Part shown: positions 51,252-61,836 of the stretch, piece by piece
Layout: every line of letters begins with the position of its first letter
Numbering within the stretch: position 1 is the stretch's first letter
Assembly (NCBI GenBank): GCA_020350725.1
Contig: CP070719.1
Location: 43,625 to 107,624, forward strand
DNA from: a bacterium
GTDB taxonomy: Bacteria; BMS3Abin14
DNA length: 64,000 nucleotides
Direction of reading: 5' to 3'
Translations under genes and position numbers: made by a program
The notes under the pieces: model-generated
The model's input: the letters and a program-made list of their open reading frames with translations, nothing else
Database searches by the model: none
Told to the model about the DNA's origin: nothing

Positions 51252-52376
51252 ATGATCCGCAGGTTATCGCCGACCAGGTTCCTTTTTGTGACCGTCCTCA
51301 TGCTCTGCCTGACCGTAGCGGGAGGAGTGGGCGCCACGGAGCATCCGGGGGAGATTGGGGCCGTGCCGGGCATGCCGTCAGGGGAGATCCTCGAGGTCAA
51401 GCCGGCCGGGGAAAGGAGGTCGGGAACCTCCTTCACACCCACGGTCGCCCTGAGCCCTGTCTACGACGTCGTCTACGGTTTCGCCTATTTCAGGTCTCTC
51501 CCCGAAAAGCCGGGTTTCGAGTACGGGGCCAAGATCAACGGGACCGCCGAAGACGGGGAGAGCTTTCAGTTCAACTACGACAAGTGGACCAGCCCGAAGA
51601 GGCTCTTCAGCTTGAGGTTTTCCTGTTCCACCTTCTTCGATCCCTATTACGGCGAGGGCAACGACACCGACGAGGACAGTGATGTCCGGCTCGAGGGGAC
51701 CAGATACCGGATGCAGCTATTCGCCAAGAGGAGCATCGGTGGATCCTTCACCGCCGGCCCCTACCTTGATATCAGGACGAGGGACGAGCAGAGCGTGGAC
51801 GGTGATTCGGCCCTCCGGGTGATCCCCGACGAGGCTTCCATGGCGTTGGGGGCCTGTGTCACATACGACACCCGCGACAGCACCATGAGCCCGTCGCTGG
51901 GGCAGTTCGCTGAGTTTCGGCTGGCCTATGTGCCCGATGCTCTCACCACCCTGGACAACACCAACGGATTCGCATCCGGGTCTGTGGATATCAGGCTGTT
52001 CGATTCCCTGGCGCCGGGGTGGATCATCGGCGGCAGGCTTCATTTCGGGTCGTCACTGGGCGGCCCCTCCTATCTCTTCCGCCACACCCTCGGGGGGCCG
52101 GACGACCTCAGGGGCTACCTGATAAACCGGTTCCGCGGTAACAGCTTCTATCTGGTTCAGTGGGAGACCAGGTTTCCCCTGCTCTGGGTCTTCACAGGGG
52201 CGGCCTTCGCCGGCCTGGGAGATGTGGGGGACGATTCCTTCAGGCGGCCCAAGTGGTCGGCAGGGTTGGGCATCAGGGCCTCCCTGCCACCCGACTGGGT
52301 CAAGAAAGCAAGGGTGGACGTCGCATGGTCCGAGGACCAGCATGCCGTTCGGTTCCTTTTTGGAGAGGCGTTCTGA
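51252..52376 (+). CDS. outer-membrane beta-barrel protein (Omp85/surface-antigen-like barrel, no POTRA)
   Basis: 374 aa; signal peptide; C-terminal ...RFLFGEAF aromatic terminus. Confidence 0.45.
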   Translation: MIRRLSPTRFLFVTVLMLCLTVAGGVGATEHPGEIGAVPGMPSGEILEVKPAGERRSGTSFTPTVALSPVYDVVYGFAYFRSLPEKPGFEYGAKINGTAEDGESFQFNYDKWTSPKRLFSLRFSCSTFFDPYYGEGNDTDEDSDVRLEGTRYRMQLFAKRSIGGSFTAGPYLDIRTRDEQSVDGDSALRVIPDEASMALGACVTYDTRDSTMSPSLGQFAEFRLAYVPDALTTLDNTNGFASGSVDIRLFDSLAPGWIIGGRLHFGSSLGGPSYLFRHTLGGPDDLRGYLINRFRGNSFYLVQWETRFPLLWVFTGAAFAGLGDVGDDSFRRPKWSAGLGIRASLPPDWVKKARVDVAWSEDQHAVRFLFGEAF

Positions 52377-52578
52377 GAAGCAGGAGTAAACAACCCCCGG
52401 GGTCGTATCTTGCCTTTTAACCTTTTCCCGCACCTTCCGGGGTTTTCCCCGCCTCGCTCTGCGGCCTGCGGTGCGGTACCGGACAGGGCCGCTTTTACCG
52501 GGATCGGGCTCGCTTCGCCCCGATAATGGTTCGCGACGACAACCTTCACACCGGGTTGTTCTCCCTCATCCCGACCCC

Positions 52579-53343
52579 TCAGCTCTGAAACCGCTCTGCC
52601 AGTTTCAGGTAGCGGATCTCCTCCGGATCATGGCCCAGCAGCTTCGCCGCCTCACGGTCCGCGGCGAGTACGTCCGTACCCGCTATGATCCGCCGGAGCG
52701 GCGGATCCGGCACCCTTCCCGACAGGTGGCCGCCCTCCAGACCGTCCAGGGCGTCTATGACCGTCAGGTGCGGCCGGATGTACAGCATGAGGTCGGCCAG
52801 AGCCTGGTGCTCGTCCACGGCGTGGATCTGGGACTTCTTGTAGGTCCAGTAGCCACCGTAGTGCCTGGCCGGCAGGCAGCCCACCATGTTCTTCAGGCCC
52901 TGGGTGACCCCGGTGATGGAGTGGTCCTTGGCCGGGGGCACCGATACGAGGCCCGCACCCTCGAGGATCTCGGGAAGCCGTATCTCGCTGTAGACACCGG
53001 CTGCATCGTTGCTGTAGGTCCTGTCGGGCAGGGCGTCGAGGTCAACCAGGGGTACACCGACCCTCTCATACCCGTGCCTCCTGAGGTTCTCCAGGGTGTC
53101 TCCCTCCCCGGAGCCTTCGGCGACGAGGATCTCCGACCCGATCCTCTCCCTCAGGTAGTCGACCACCGCCATGACGCAGCGCACATCCGTTGTCACCGGC
53201 GGCGGGCTGAGGTTGACAACGTTGGGCTTGACGATGACGCGGTCGAAACCGGCCAGGGCGCCGCCGGCGTCGACCTCCTCCAGGGCGCGGGCGATGGCTG
53301 CGGGGTAGTCAGCAGCGGACTCTATGGGGACGACGGAGATCAT
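52579..53343 (-). CDS. DUF362 domain protein
   Basis: VIVKPNVV...; GVTQGLKNMVGCLP...; TVIDALDGLEGG pattern typical of DUF362. Confidence 0.6.
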   Translation of the reverse strand: MISVVPIESAADYPAAIARALEEVDAGGALAGFDRVIVKPNVVNLSPPPVTTDVRCVMAVVDYLRERIGSEILVAEGSGEGDTLENLRRHGYERVGVPLVDLDALPDRTYSNDAAGVYSEIRLPEILEGAGLVSVPPAKDHSITGVTQGLKNMVGCLPARHYGGYWTYKKSQIHAVDEHQALADLMLYIRPHLTVIDALDGLEGGHLSGRVPDPPLRRIIAGTDVLAADREAAKLLGHDPEEIRYLKLAERFQS

Positions 53344-53490
53344 GAAAACTCCAGATTCCAGGTGCCGAATTCAAGAAACGCAGTGTGATCCGCGCTTTCT
53401 GCGGTCGTTACCGAACAGGCAAGAGACAACGGGCGGCATTCGAACCCCATATTAAAGTATTTTCCCCTCGCTGTCTTCGTGGGAGACAGC

Positions 53491-53556
53491 CCTTTCCGCT
53501 CTTGCGCCGGCCGCGCTCCTCTCCTCCATTCCGGCTCCCCGGATCCTGACTTCCGG
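53491..53556. repeat. copy A of a ~65-bp conserved element (5' leader of DUF362 gene)
   Basis: About 89% identical to the copy at 54016-54080; same orientation relative to downstream minus-strand gene. Confidence 0.6.
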
Positions 53557-53562
53557 GTTCTC

Positions 53563-54006
53563 TCAAGGCACCTGCTCGGACCTTTCCCATCCTTCCGCAT
53601 ATTTCGGCAGGTCATCGGAAATCCCATAATAATCGGCCATCTGGCTGACCCAAACGTGGCCTATGATCCTCAGGTCAGTCGGTCCGTCCAGCGACCCCGC
53701 CGCAACAGCGATCCTGTCCTCACCCCTGGGGTGCCAGAACAGGGAAGAGCCGCAATCGCCGCAGAACCCGCGATGGACGTTGGGTGTCTCATCGGCTGTC
53801 GATCGGAACCATTTCAGGCCCCCCTCCTCGATAATGGCCAGATTTTCGGGTTTCGTACCCACGTAGGCGGCATAATTGCCATGGAAGCGGCGGCACTTGG
53901 AGCAATGACAGTTGACGACACCCCGCAGGTCACCGGTGATCCGGTAACGAACGGAACCGCACAGACAGCCGCCGGCTTTGACCTGGTTGTCCGAACCGGT
54001 AGACAT
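53563..54006 (-). CDS. GFA/CENP-V family protein (glutathione-dependent formaldehyde-activating-like)
   Basis: 147 aa; CLCGSVRY...CHCSKCRR...CGDCGS zinc-binding cysteine pattern. Confidence 0.75.
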   Translation of the reverse strand: MSTGSDNQVKAGGCLCGSVRYRITGDLRGVVNCHCSKCRRFHGNYAAYVGTKPENLAIIEEGGLKWFRSTADETPNVHRGFCGDCGSSLFWHPRGEDRIAVAAGSLDGPTDLRIIGHVWVSQMADYYGISDDLPKYAEGWERSEQVP

Positions 54007-54015
54007 ATGATCCTT

Positions 54016-54080
54016 CCTTTCCCCTTTTGCGCCGGCCGAGCTCCTCTCCTCCGTTCCGGCTCCTGGATCCTGACTCCCGA
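54016..54080. repeat. copy B of the ~65-bp conserved element (immediately upstream of GFA start codon)
   Basis: See copy A; ends about 10 nt before the GFA ATG. Confidence 0.6.
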
Positions 54081-54081
54081 T

Positions 54082-57000
54082 CTACAACACCTCATAATTC
54101 CCCGAGTCCACCCACAGGATCCCCACCTCCTTCACCTCTCCTGCCCCGAAGCTCTCCCACGCCTCCTGGTAGGCCTCCAATTGAAAACGGTACCTCTCCA
54201 GGTCCTGTGCCCCGGTCTTGTAGTCCACGATGACCCAACCGCCGTCCTCCTCGAACACCAGATCCATGACGCCGGTCTCGACGGTCTCGATCTCTCTGCC
54301 CTCGAGCAGGCGAGTGTAGGGGATCTCCGTAAAGATCCGCTCAGCCCGGCGGGCCCGGGCCCACTCGGACGACTGCGCTGCCTCTCGGGCGGTGCGGACG
54401 AACTCGGCTGCCCTCTCCACGTCCAGGTCCTGGTTGGCGCAGAGGGACCGTGACAGCTCCTCGAGGTCGACTTCCGGGCGGGTCATGGCCGCCTCCAGAA
54501 GGCCGTGGATGACGGTGCCCCGCTTTGCGGCCTCCTCGTCCACGGGCCGGCGCCTGTCCGCCTTGCCTTCGGCGCCGTACTGTGACGGGAATCCCTTGTC
54601 GTAGCTCTGTTCCATGGTCCGCTGCCAGGAGGCGGCGATGGTCTCCCGGGCCTTCTCCGCTTCCGCCGCCGCAATGGCGGGGCCGGTTTTTTTGGAATGT
54701 GCCGTGACCTCCTTTCCAGGATCCTCCAGTGGCGCGGCCTCTTCCAGTCCCTCCTTGAAGAACAGCCAGGGGTTTGACCGCTCGCCCTTGGCGCGCTGGC
54801 TCACCACCAGGCGGCTGCCGGCACGGGTGGCGGCCACGTAGAGACGCCTTAACTCCTCGGCGTCGGCGAACCTTTTCTCCTCGGCGGCCAGGTGTTCCCA
54901 ATCCAGGGGCCGGGCCAGGACCTCCCCGGGCATGAACCCCCGGGTGGGGCCGAGCACCTTCATGTACCCAGCGATCTCATCGCTGGAGCGGTTGCCGTGG
55001 GACCGGTCGATGTGAATGAGGGGTTCCCGGTCCGACTGGCCGGTGGGGTCGGCAAGGTACACCACCGGGGCCTCGAGCCCCTTGACCTTGTGAAGGTTCA
55101 TCACCCGCACCGGTTCCTCGGCCGGGGACACGGCTGTGATCCCGTCGTGCTTCTCCTCGCCGGAGGCCAACTGATGGAGGTAGTCGAGGAGATCCTCGGG
55201 GGACCAGCGGTCCCGCAGGTCGCCGCGCAGGAGCTCCAGGGCCTTCAGCAGTGAACCGGCCATGAGGTCGCCGTTCTCCCCCGCCGCGGCCGAGGCGGCG
55301 AGGCCCAGCTCCTCGGTCATGGCCGACAGGACGGCCACCGGAGGCATGGCCCCCAGCCTTTCCCGGAAACCGGTCAGAAGGTCGAAGATCTCCCGGTAGA
55401 TCCCTCCGGTACCCTCACCCAGGACCTCGGGGACGCCCTCCCGATAGTTGAAGGTCCCCCCTGCCAGGGCGTAATCGTAAAGCTGCTGGTCCGTCAGGCC
55501 GAACAGCCCTCCCCGGAGCACGGCCAGAAGGGCCACCGGGTCCTCCGGGAAGAGCACCGCTTTAAAGCACGCTGCCAGCATCCCGAGTTCCGGCGGCGTG
55601 GAGAGCCCCGAGCCGCCGGTGACCTGGTGGGGGATCCCCATCTCCTGGAGTGCCGCGCCGTAGAGCCCCAGCTGGTGGGTGTAGGCGGTGACCACCATGA
55701 AGTCCCCGGGGCAGCACGGCGAAGGGCCCTCCTTTCGGGGGACGGTCTGTCCCCCGGTAAGGCGTGCGCGCACGTCCCGGGCGATGAGCCCCGGCTCAAA
55801 CGCGTGGATGAGCTCCCTGTTGGACAGGTGGCGGAGGTTGTCAGACCGCTCGATGCCCGTCAGATCCGCGGTGTCCGTCTCCGGCCCGGGCTGCAGGGGC
55901 ACGTACCCGGGGGAGTAGGGCCTCGTCAGCTCCCCGAAGGGTCCGGAGAATCGATCGTTGACCCACCTGATGAGTTCCGGCGTTGAGCGGAAGGAAGTGG
56001 ACAGGTGAACCGGGGGGTTGTCAGGACCGCACAGGATCTCCTTGACCGTCTCGTAGACGACGATGTCGGCCCGGCGGAAGCGGTAGATGGACTGCTTGGG
56101 ATCGCCCACCACGAAGAGGGATCCCGGTACGGGCCTGCACCGGGTCCAGTCGGTCTCGTTGACGTCGTCGGCCGTGAGCAGCAGCATGACCTGGGCCTGG
56201 ACGGGATCGGTGTCCTGGAACTCGTCCACCAGCAGGTGAGTAAAGCGGGCCCGGAAGTACTCCCTCACCGCCGGCTTGTCCCTTAAAAGACCGGCTGCGG
56301 CCATGAGCAGGTCCTGGAAGTTCATGCTCCCCGACTCGGCGCGGATGTCTTCGTAGATGCCGGCGGCCGCCGCGAAGGCCTCCATGACCAGCCCGTATCG
56401 ATAGGCCAGCCACCGGTTGACGGCCGGGACGGCATGATCCTCCGCCAGGCGGGTGTGGCGTTCCTTTTCCGCCAGGGCCTGCTCCTTTTTGCCGGGCCAC
56501 ACCTTCTGGATGATGCCGGGTTCCGGCTTGATCTCGCTCAGGATGGCGAAGAGGGAGGCTGGGCCCTCTGGCAGGCGGCGGCTCATGCGGCGGATGCGCC
56601 TTAAACGCGGGATGAGCCCGTCGTTGCCCGGGTCCCGGGGCAGGTCGGGAAGGAGCCTGTCCAGGTGGCGCAGGTAGTCAGCGAGGGCCTTTCGGGCCTG
56701 GGAAAGGTCCGGCGGCCCCGTTCGATCTGCCGGCCAGCGGTCCAGGTCCGGGTAGCGGCAGTAGTCCACAAAGGACGCGGCGAGGTCGGTCGGCGTCAAC
56801 CCCGAAGCTGCAAGCTCTTTCAGCACAGGGTCGTCGGGCCCGGCCTGTTCCAGGTACCGGGCCCAGGCCTCCTTGCGATAGCGCACGTCGGCGTCTTCGG
56901 CAAGCTCACCGAAGCCGGGATCCACGCCGGCCTCCACCGGCCTCTCCCGAAGCAGCCGGGAGCAGAAGGAGTGGATGGTGCCCACGAAGACCTGGTCCAG

Positions 57001-57294
57001 GTCGGCGAGGGCCTCCGAGAGACGCTCGGCCTCGCCTCCGGCGGCCTCCCGGGCCGCCACGGCAAGGTCCGCAGCAAAGCGTCCTTTAAGTTCAGCCGCC
57101 GCCTTGCGGGTGAACGTCATCGCCGCAATGGTGGACGGGGTGCAGCGGCCCTCCCGGAGGAGAGCGATCATGCGGGCCACCATAACCGTGGTCTTGCCGG
57201 TGCCCGCGGCCGCCTCCACCAGCATACTGCTGCCGAGGTCGGCGACGACGCGATCCCTCTGGTCCTGGTCGGGGGGGATGAAATTACGGGTCAC
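54082..57294 (-). CDS. addA: AddA/RecB-like helicase-nuclease (UvrD-type helicase with C-terminal PD-(D/E)xK nuclease)
   Basis: Walker A AAAGTGKTT near N-terminus; C-terminal nuclease motif GVMDLVFEE...IVDYKTG; start set at GTG (the first ~88 codons of the track ORF look non-coding). Confidence 0.8.
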   Translation of the reverse strand: MTRNFIPPDQDQRDRVVADLGSSMLVEAAAGTGKTTVMVARMIALLREGRCTPSTIAAMTFTRKAAAELKGRFAADLAVAAREAAGGEAERLSEALADLDQVFVGTIHSFCSRLLRERPVEAGVDPGFGELAEDADVRYRKEAWARYLEQAGPDDPVLKELAASGLTPTDLAASFVDYCRYPDLDRWPADRTGPPDLSQARKALADYLRHLDRLLPDLPRDPGNDGLIPRLRRIRRMSRRLPEGPASLFAILSEIKPEPGIIQKVWPGKKEQALAEKERHTRLAEDHAVPAVNRWLAYRYGLVMEAFAAAAGIYEDIRAESGSMNFQDLLMAAAGLLRDKPAVREYFRARFTHLLVDEFQDTDPVQAQVMLLLTADDVNETDWTRCRPVPGSLFVVGDPKQSIYRFRRADIVVYETVKEILCGPDNPPVHLSTSFRSTPELIRWVNDRFSGPFGELTRPYSPGYVPLQPGPETDTADLTGIERSDNLRHLSNRELIHAFEPGLIARDVRARLTGGQTVPRKEGPSPCCPGDFMVVTAYTHQLGLYGAALQEMGIPHQVTGGSGLSTPPELGMLAACFKAVLFPEDPVALLAVLRGGLFGLTDQQLYDYALAGGTFNYREGVPEVLGEGTGGIYREIFDLLTGFRERLGAMPPVAVLSAMTEELGLAASAAAGENGDLMAGSLLKALELLRGDLRDRWSPEDLLDYLHQLASGEEKHDGITAVSPAEEPVRVMNLHKVKGLEAPVVYLADPTGQSDREPLIHIDRSHGNRSSDEIAGYMKVLGPTRGFMPGEVLARPLDWEHLAAEEKRFADAEELRRLYVAATRAGSRLVVSQRAKGERSNPWLFFKEGLEEAAPLEDPGKEVTAHSKKTGPAIAAAEAEKARETIAASWQRTMEQSYDKGFPSQYGAEGKADRRRPVDEEAAKRGTVIHGLLEAAMTRPEVDLEELSRSLCANQDLDVERAAEFVRTAREAAQSSEWARARRAERIFTEIPYTRLLEGREIETVETGVMDLVFEEDGGWVIVDYKTGAQDLERYRFQLEAYQEAWESFGAGEVKEVGILWVDSGNYEVL

Positions 57295-60200
57295 CGGCCG
57301 TCCTCTTGTCGCGGAGCTCCCTGCCGCGCAGTTCTCTGAAGCAGTCGAGCCTGTTGTCGGCATCCGAGGAGAGCTTGGCACCGGCCGCCTTCGCCAGGGT
57401 TTCCAGGTCACCGCACACGTCCCTGTAGTCGCAGTAGCGGCAGTCTTTGTCCGTGTCCGTGGAGCAGAAAGCCCCGCCGGAAGCCGCCCGGACGAGAAGG
57501 GCCAGGATGGCGTCCCCCCCGGCGAGGTCGGAGCTGTGCCAAAAGACCGCTTCGTCAACGGTCCGGGAGGCCGGGAAGGCGTATCGGAATTCCTCCACCA
57601 CGGCGCCAGGGTCTACGGTATCCTTAAGGAGGCGTTCAGCCAGCCTGATGTACAGGGCCTGCTGCACGGTGCGGCCCTGGCGGAAGGCGTCGGCCACATC
57701 GTACCGGTAGGCGCTGCCGCTCTTGTAGTCGGTGATGCGATAGCGGTGACCCCTGCCGGCGAGCCGGTCGATGCGATCGATGCGCCCGCTGCTGCGGATG
57801 GTCACTCCTCCCGGCAGCACGAGGGCCATCGGCTGGCCGTCCCGGTCAAGTCCCACTCTCTGCTCTAACAGGAACGGCTCGGCTTCGCCCGCGGCCTCCT
57901 CCTCGTCCTGCAGGAACACGCGGGCCGCTTCCGTGAGGCGGTTCACCTGCTCCCGGTAGAGGGTGTCGTCAGGGGGTGGGTACTTCTCCCGATACCGTCG
58001 GGCCTCGTCGGCCACGATCGTTTCCATCTCCTCCATGTGGGTGGTCAAAGAGGGGGACTCCCCCCTTTCCATGACGTGGGACATGAAGCGGTGCAGGACA
58101 TCGTGCAGGAGGGAGCCGAAATGCAGAGGTTCAAGCCACACCTCGCGCTCGGCGCCGGGGTCTTCCGGGGGTTTCACCCCAAGGAGGTCGGAAAAGAAGT
58201 AGGCCAGGGGGCAGCGGCCTATGGTCTCCAGCCGGGTGGCCGACATGGCCGGGCCGTCGGTCAGGGGGTCATGGCGGCGGTGCAGGTCCACCAAACCGTC
58301 CCAGGGGGTGAGGGTATCCGAAAGCCGGCCGGCCAGGGCGGCCCTGCCGGCGGCGAGGCGGGGGAAGGCCTGGTGGATCGTCTCACGGGCGTTTGCCGGT
58401 CTGTCACCTTTTAAAAGGGCCCGCAGCCACCACTCGGTTTCGTCGGCACAGGCCTCCCCCTCCCCCGGCGTGAAGGCGGCGGCGGGTCCGGCAAGTTCCA
58501 TGAGCCGCCCGGCCTGGGCGTCGAGTTCCCCGGTGACGTACCGTAAGAGCTCCTGGCAGATAGCCGCAGGGAACAGCTCCCTGTCGTCGGCAAGGTCCAG
58601 GGAAGACCAGCTCATGACCACCTCGCCCCGGAGCCGGGCGATCATGCCCCGCAGCTCCTCTGCCCGCCGGACCTGGGTGCCGGCGGCGGTGGGGAGGTCG
58701 TCCGAGATGCCTGCCCGCTCCCGGTCCAGGAGCACCGGGTCCTGAAGGCCGGCCCCGGGGTGCCGGCTGTCGTCCATCCCGATGATAAAGGTGTAGGGGC
58801 GCCCCGTGTGGCCGCCGCCCGAAAGCCGGGAGGCGTGCAGGCACCCGGGCCGGGGCCCGCTGCCGCCCATCCGCTCGTCTCGTGCCATCTCCCGCAGCTA
58901 GTCGAAGGGGTTAAGGGTGCACGGTTCGGCGCCGGCCCGGAACCAGTGAACCAGTTCCAGTATCTTTTCCTCGAACTTCTCCAGGGCGTAGGCGTCCCAG
59001 CGGTTGGTGCCCCGGGCCAGGTTTTTCAGGAAGGCGCCGGCTTTTTCCAGTACCTCGTCCACCGGGGAGTCCGGTGAAGGGCAGGTGGAAAGGAGTTCCC
59101 GGGTCACCCTCCTGAGTTCCTTTAACGCGGCAAGGTCCGCGCCGCGGTCGTGGTATTCCTCCTCCGGGTCACCGGACTCTTGGATCCCTTCCTCGATCTC
59201 CCTGCCCAGTTACCGGACCCTGCTGACCATGACCGGCAAGAAGCGGTTCCGTCCCCTGCCGACAGGCAGGTTTCTGAGCAGCCGGGCCATGCGGGCGGCA
59301 GGGATATTCCCGTCGGTCACCAGCAGGCCGTTTCTGACCATGGTCAACAGGACCGGCTGTGGAAAGCCTTCCCGGATCCAGTCGACCCAGGCCATCAGGG
59401 CCCGTCCGGGCCGGGTGAAGCGGGTGGGAATGCCGTCGGCGAAGGTCACCGGGGGGTCGGACACGTCGGTGACGTGGTCCCTGGCGAGGCGCACACTTTC
59501 CTCAAAGAGGAGGGGCAGGTAGCTCTCCTGGTCGGTGTACAGGACCTCCACCTGGTCCAACGGGATCCCTCGGGAAAGGCAGCGGCGGAAGATATTGCGC
59601 ACCTCGGCCGTCTCTCCCAGGGCGGTGGCGAAGGAGACGGTGAGCCCCCTGCCGCCCCCGACGACGGCGGACAGGTCCACGGCCGTCTCGCCGGGAACCT
59701 TGAGAAGTTTCTCTCCGGGCAGGGAGCTCGCAAACCGGCCCTCGAGGCCCTGCAGATGAATAAAGTCGGGCACCAGAGCCACGGAGTCACCGGCCAGCCC
59801 GTCAAGCCGGGCAGCTTCCTCCAGGACCCGGGCACTGTCGTAGATATCAAGGGCATCGAGCTGCCGGCAGTAGGCGCCGTAAAGGGCGGCCACCTCCAAT
59901 CCCTTGGCCCCCACCTCGAAGTGGCCGGCGTCCATCTGTCCGGCGGTCACCCCGGCCATGCGCAGGTCAGAGATGGTGAATGAGAGACGGGACAGGAAAC
60001 CAGGGGTCACCTGGATCGTGGCAAGGTACGGGTCCTTCTGCTTGTCTTTTAGGCCGTCCCAGAGCCGGTCCACCATGAACTCGTGGGCCTGGCCCGGGAG
60101 CAGGGTCACCTCCCGGCCGGCGGAGCTCAGGAACTGGAGGGCGAGGCCCAGGACCGTCGTCACCCGCAGATTTACGGCCGGCTGTCCCGAGCGGGCCACC

Positions 60201-60331
60201 TGTTCTATCCACTGGTGCCCGACCCGCAGGTTGGGCGCGATGAGCCACTTCTCGGCCAGAAGATGATGGCGGCAGATCCCGGCCAGGTTGGAGATGAATC
60301 TGTTGGGCAGTGGATTTTTCATTAATGGCAA
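57284..60331 (-). pseudogene. addB: AddB-like nuclease subunit, single frame interrupted by two in-frame stop codons
   Basis: Track ORFs 59210..60331, 58898..59107 and 57284..58888 share one frame (all starts = 1 mod 3); separated only by TAA (59210-59212) and TAG (58898-58900); C-terminal part has PD-(D/E)xK motif and Cys cluster CSTDTDKDCRYCDYRDVC. Confidence 0.6.
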
Positions 60332-60393
60332 GTTTCCCGAGTGTCTGGTTTCTAGATTCCAGACGCTAGATCCCAGAAACCAGAACCTGGGCC

Positions 60394-60999
60394 CTAAACA
60401 CGGCCCTCAGGCCACTGCCCGGCCACCGCCACCTCGGCCAGGGGTTTGCGGTCTTTGGGGAATTCGCTGGCCCGGATCTCCCCGGGGAGGTCCTCCGGGT
60501 CGCCGTATCTCCCGATGGCGATGGCACAGATGACCTCGTATTCCTCCTCCGGTATGCCGGCGGCCTGGTAGGCACGGTCCCGGCGGTACCCCGCCATGGC
60601 GTGGGTATAGAGTCCGAGAAACCTGGCCTGAACGGTCAGGGACATCCAGGCCGCACCGCAGTCAAAGGCGGCCCAGCGGTTCGGCCTGCCCGTCTTCCGG
60701 AAAGTCCGCCGGGCGAACAGGAGGGCCAGAACAGGAGCGTTCTTTGCCCAGACCTGGTTCCTCTCGGTCAGGACGTCCAGAATACGCAGCCGGTCCTCCT
60801 CGGTGCCCGAATAGATGAAGACCCAGGGCTGTTCGTTGAAGCATGACGGGGCCCATCGGGCGGCCTCGAAGAGCGTCCTCAGCGTTTCCCCGGCAATGGG
60901 TTCCGGACTGAAGGCTCGGGGCGACCACCTGTCCAGGAACAGGCGGTCCACCGGGGCGTCGGCGACCCGTTCGTTCCGGGCGGGGGCTTTCACGGTCAT
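60394..60999 (-). CDS. nitroreductase family protein
   Basis: About 201 aa from internal Met; nitroreductase-like motifs (RWSPRAF, AAWMSLTVQARFLGL). Confidence 0.7.
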   Translation of the reverse strand: MTVKAPARNERVADAPVDRLFLDRWSPRAFSPEPIAGETLRTLFEAARWAPSCFNEQPWVFIYSGTEEDRLRILDVLTERNQVWAKNAPVLALLFARRTFRKTGRPNRWAAFDCGAAWMSLTVQARFLGLYTHAMAGYRRDRAYQAAGIPEEEYEVICAIAIGRYGDPEDLPGEIRASEFPKDRKPLAEVAVAGQWPEGRV

Positions 61000-61111
61000 G
61001 TCACGCTCCTTCCTGGATTTTTCGTTCGACCTCGTCACCCGGCATGATATGATGTCCGGGTAGACAGATGAAATATCCCATCCCCCGCCGAGCACGGTCA
61101 AGGAGAGATAT

Positions 61112-61810
61112 ATGTCCCGTTTTTTCCCATGGATCCTTGCGGCCGCGGCTGCCATGAGCTGCGCTCACGCCGGAACGGCGGCCAGGGTCCCCTCGGTGGA
61201 TCTCTCCCCGGCCAAGGCCCCCTTTGGCGCTTCCGTCGGCACGGTTCTCGATCCCTATAGCCGGTATGGGGTCACGGAGGATGGAACACCCTACATCGAG
61301 GCCATCGGCGGTTACGTTCTCGAGGAATTCTTCAAGGGCGGGCTCCAGAAACAGGACAAGGGGACCTGCTTCTATCCCAGCGTGGTGAAAAAATACAGAG
61401 TTGTCGGACCGCCATCGGGCGGCGTGGGGGAGCTGACGTTCTACTTCGAGGGATTCGAGAGCCCCCGGCAGCCCTACCGCCTCTTTATCGTCAAACAGAG
61501 ATACCGGAAACCGGCCGAGGGAGAGGGTGACTTCCGGCAGGTTTTCAAGGTCCGTTCCCGGGCCATTACCGGGAACCTGAAGGTCGAGCCCGCCGTCCAC
61601 CAGGGAACCTACCAGGACTTCCGGACCGGCGTGCACGACTACTTCTACGCTCCGGCCCTTGTCGGGGTGTGGGACACGGGACGCATCCTCGTCTTCCTGA
61701 TGGTGGCCGATTCCACCGACGGCCCCGTGGAGCCGGAGATCATGTTCGTGTTCCGGGAGGGGCTCGAGCGCTACCTGAAGAACTGCAAGTTCATGTCCGA
61801 CTCCCGGTAG
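61112..61810 (+). CDS. hypothetical lipoprotein
   Basis: 232 aa; signal peptide with Cys (AAAAMSC); no recognisable domain. Confidence 0.5.
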   Translation: MSRFFPWILAAAAAMSCAHAGTAARVPSVDLSPAKAPFGASVGTVLDPYSRYGVTEDGTPYIEAIGGYVLEEFFKGGLQKQDKGTCFYPSVVKKYRVVGPPSGGVGELTFYFEGFESPRQPYRLFIVKQRYRKPAEGEGDFRQVFKVRSRAITGNLKVEPAVHQGTYQDFRTGVHDYFYAPALVGVWDTGRILVFLMVADSTDGPVEPEIMFVFREGLERYLKNCKFMSDSR

Positions 61811-61836
61811 GCTTCCCCTTCCCCGGTCCGGCGGGA

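Noticed and set aside
49907-51442. 511-aa minus-strand ORF
   Set aside because: Antisense to the PhoH2 gene, which has clear PIN and Walker A motifs.
58898-59212. Alternative genetic code (TAA/TAG as sense codons) to explain the addB interruptions
   Set aside because: Other well-supported genes in the window terminate at TAA/TAG (for example atpE with TAG, atpH with TAG), so a global reassignment is not supported.
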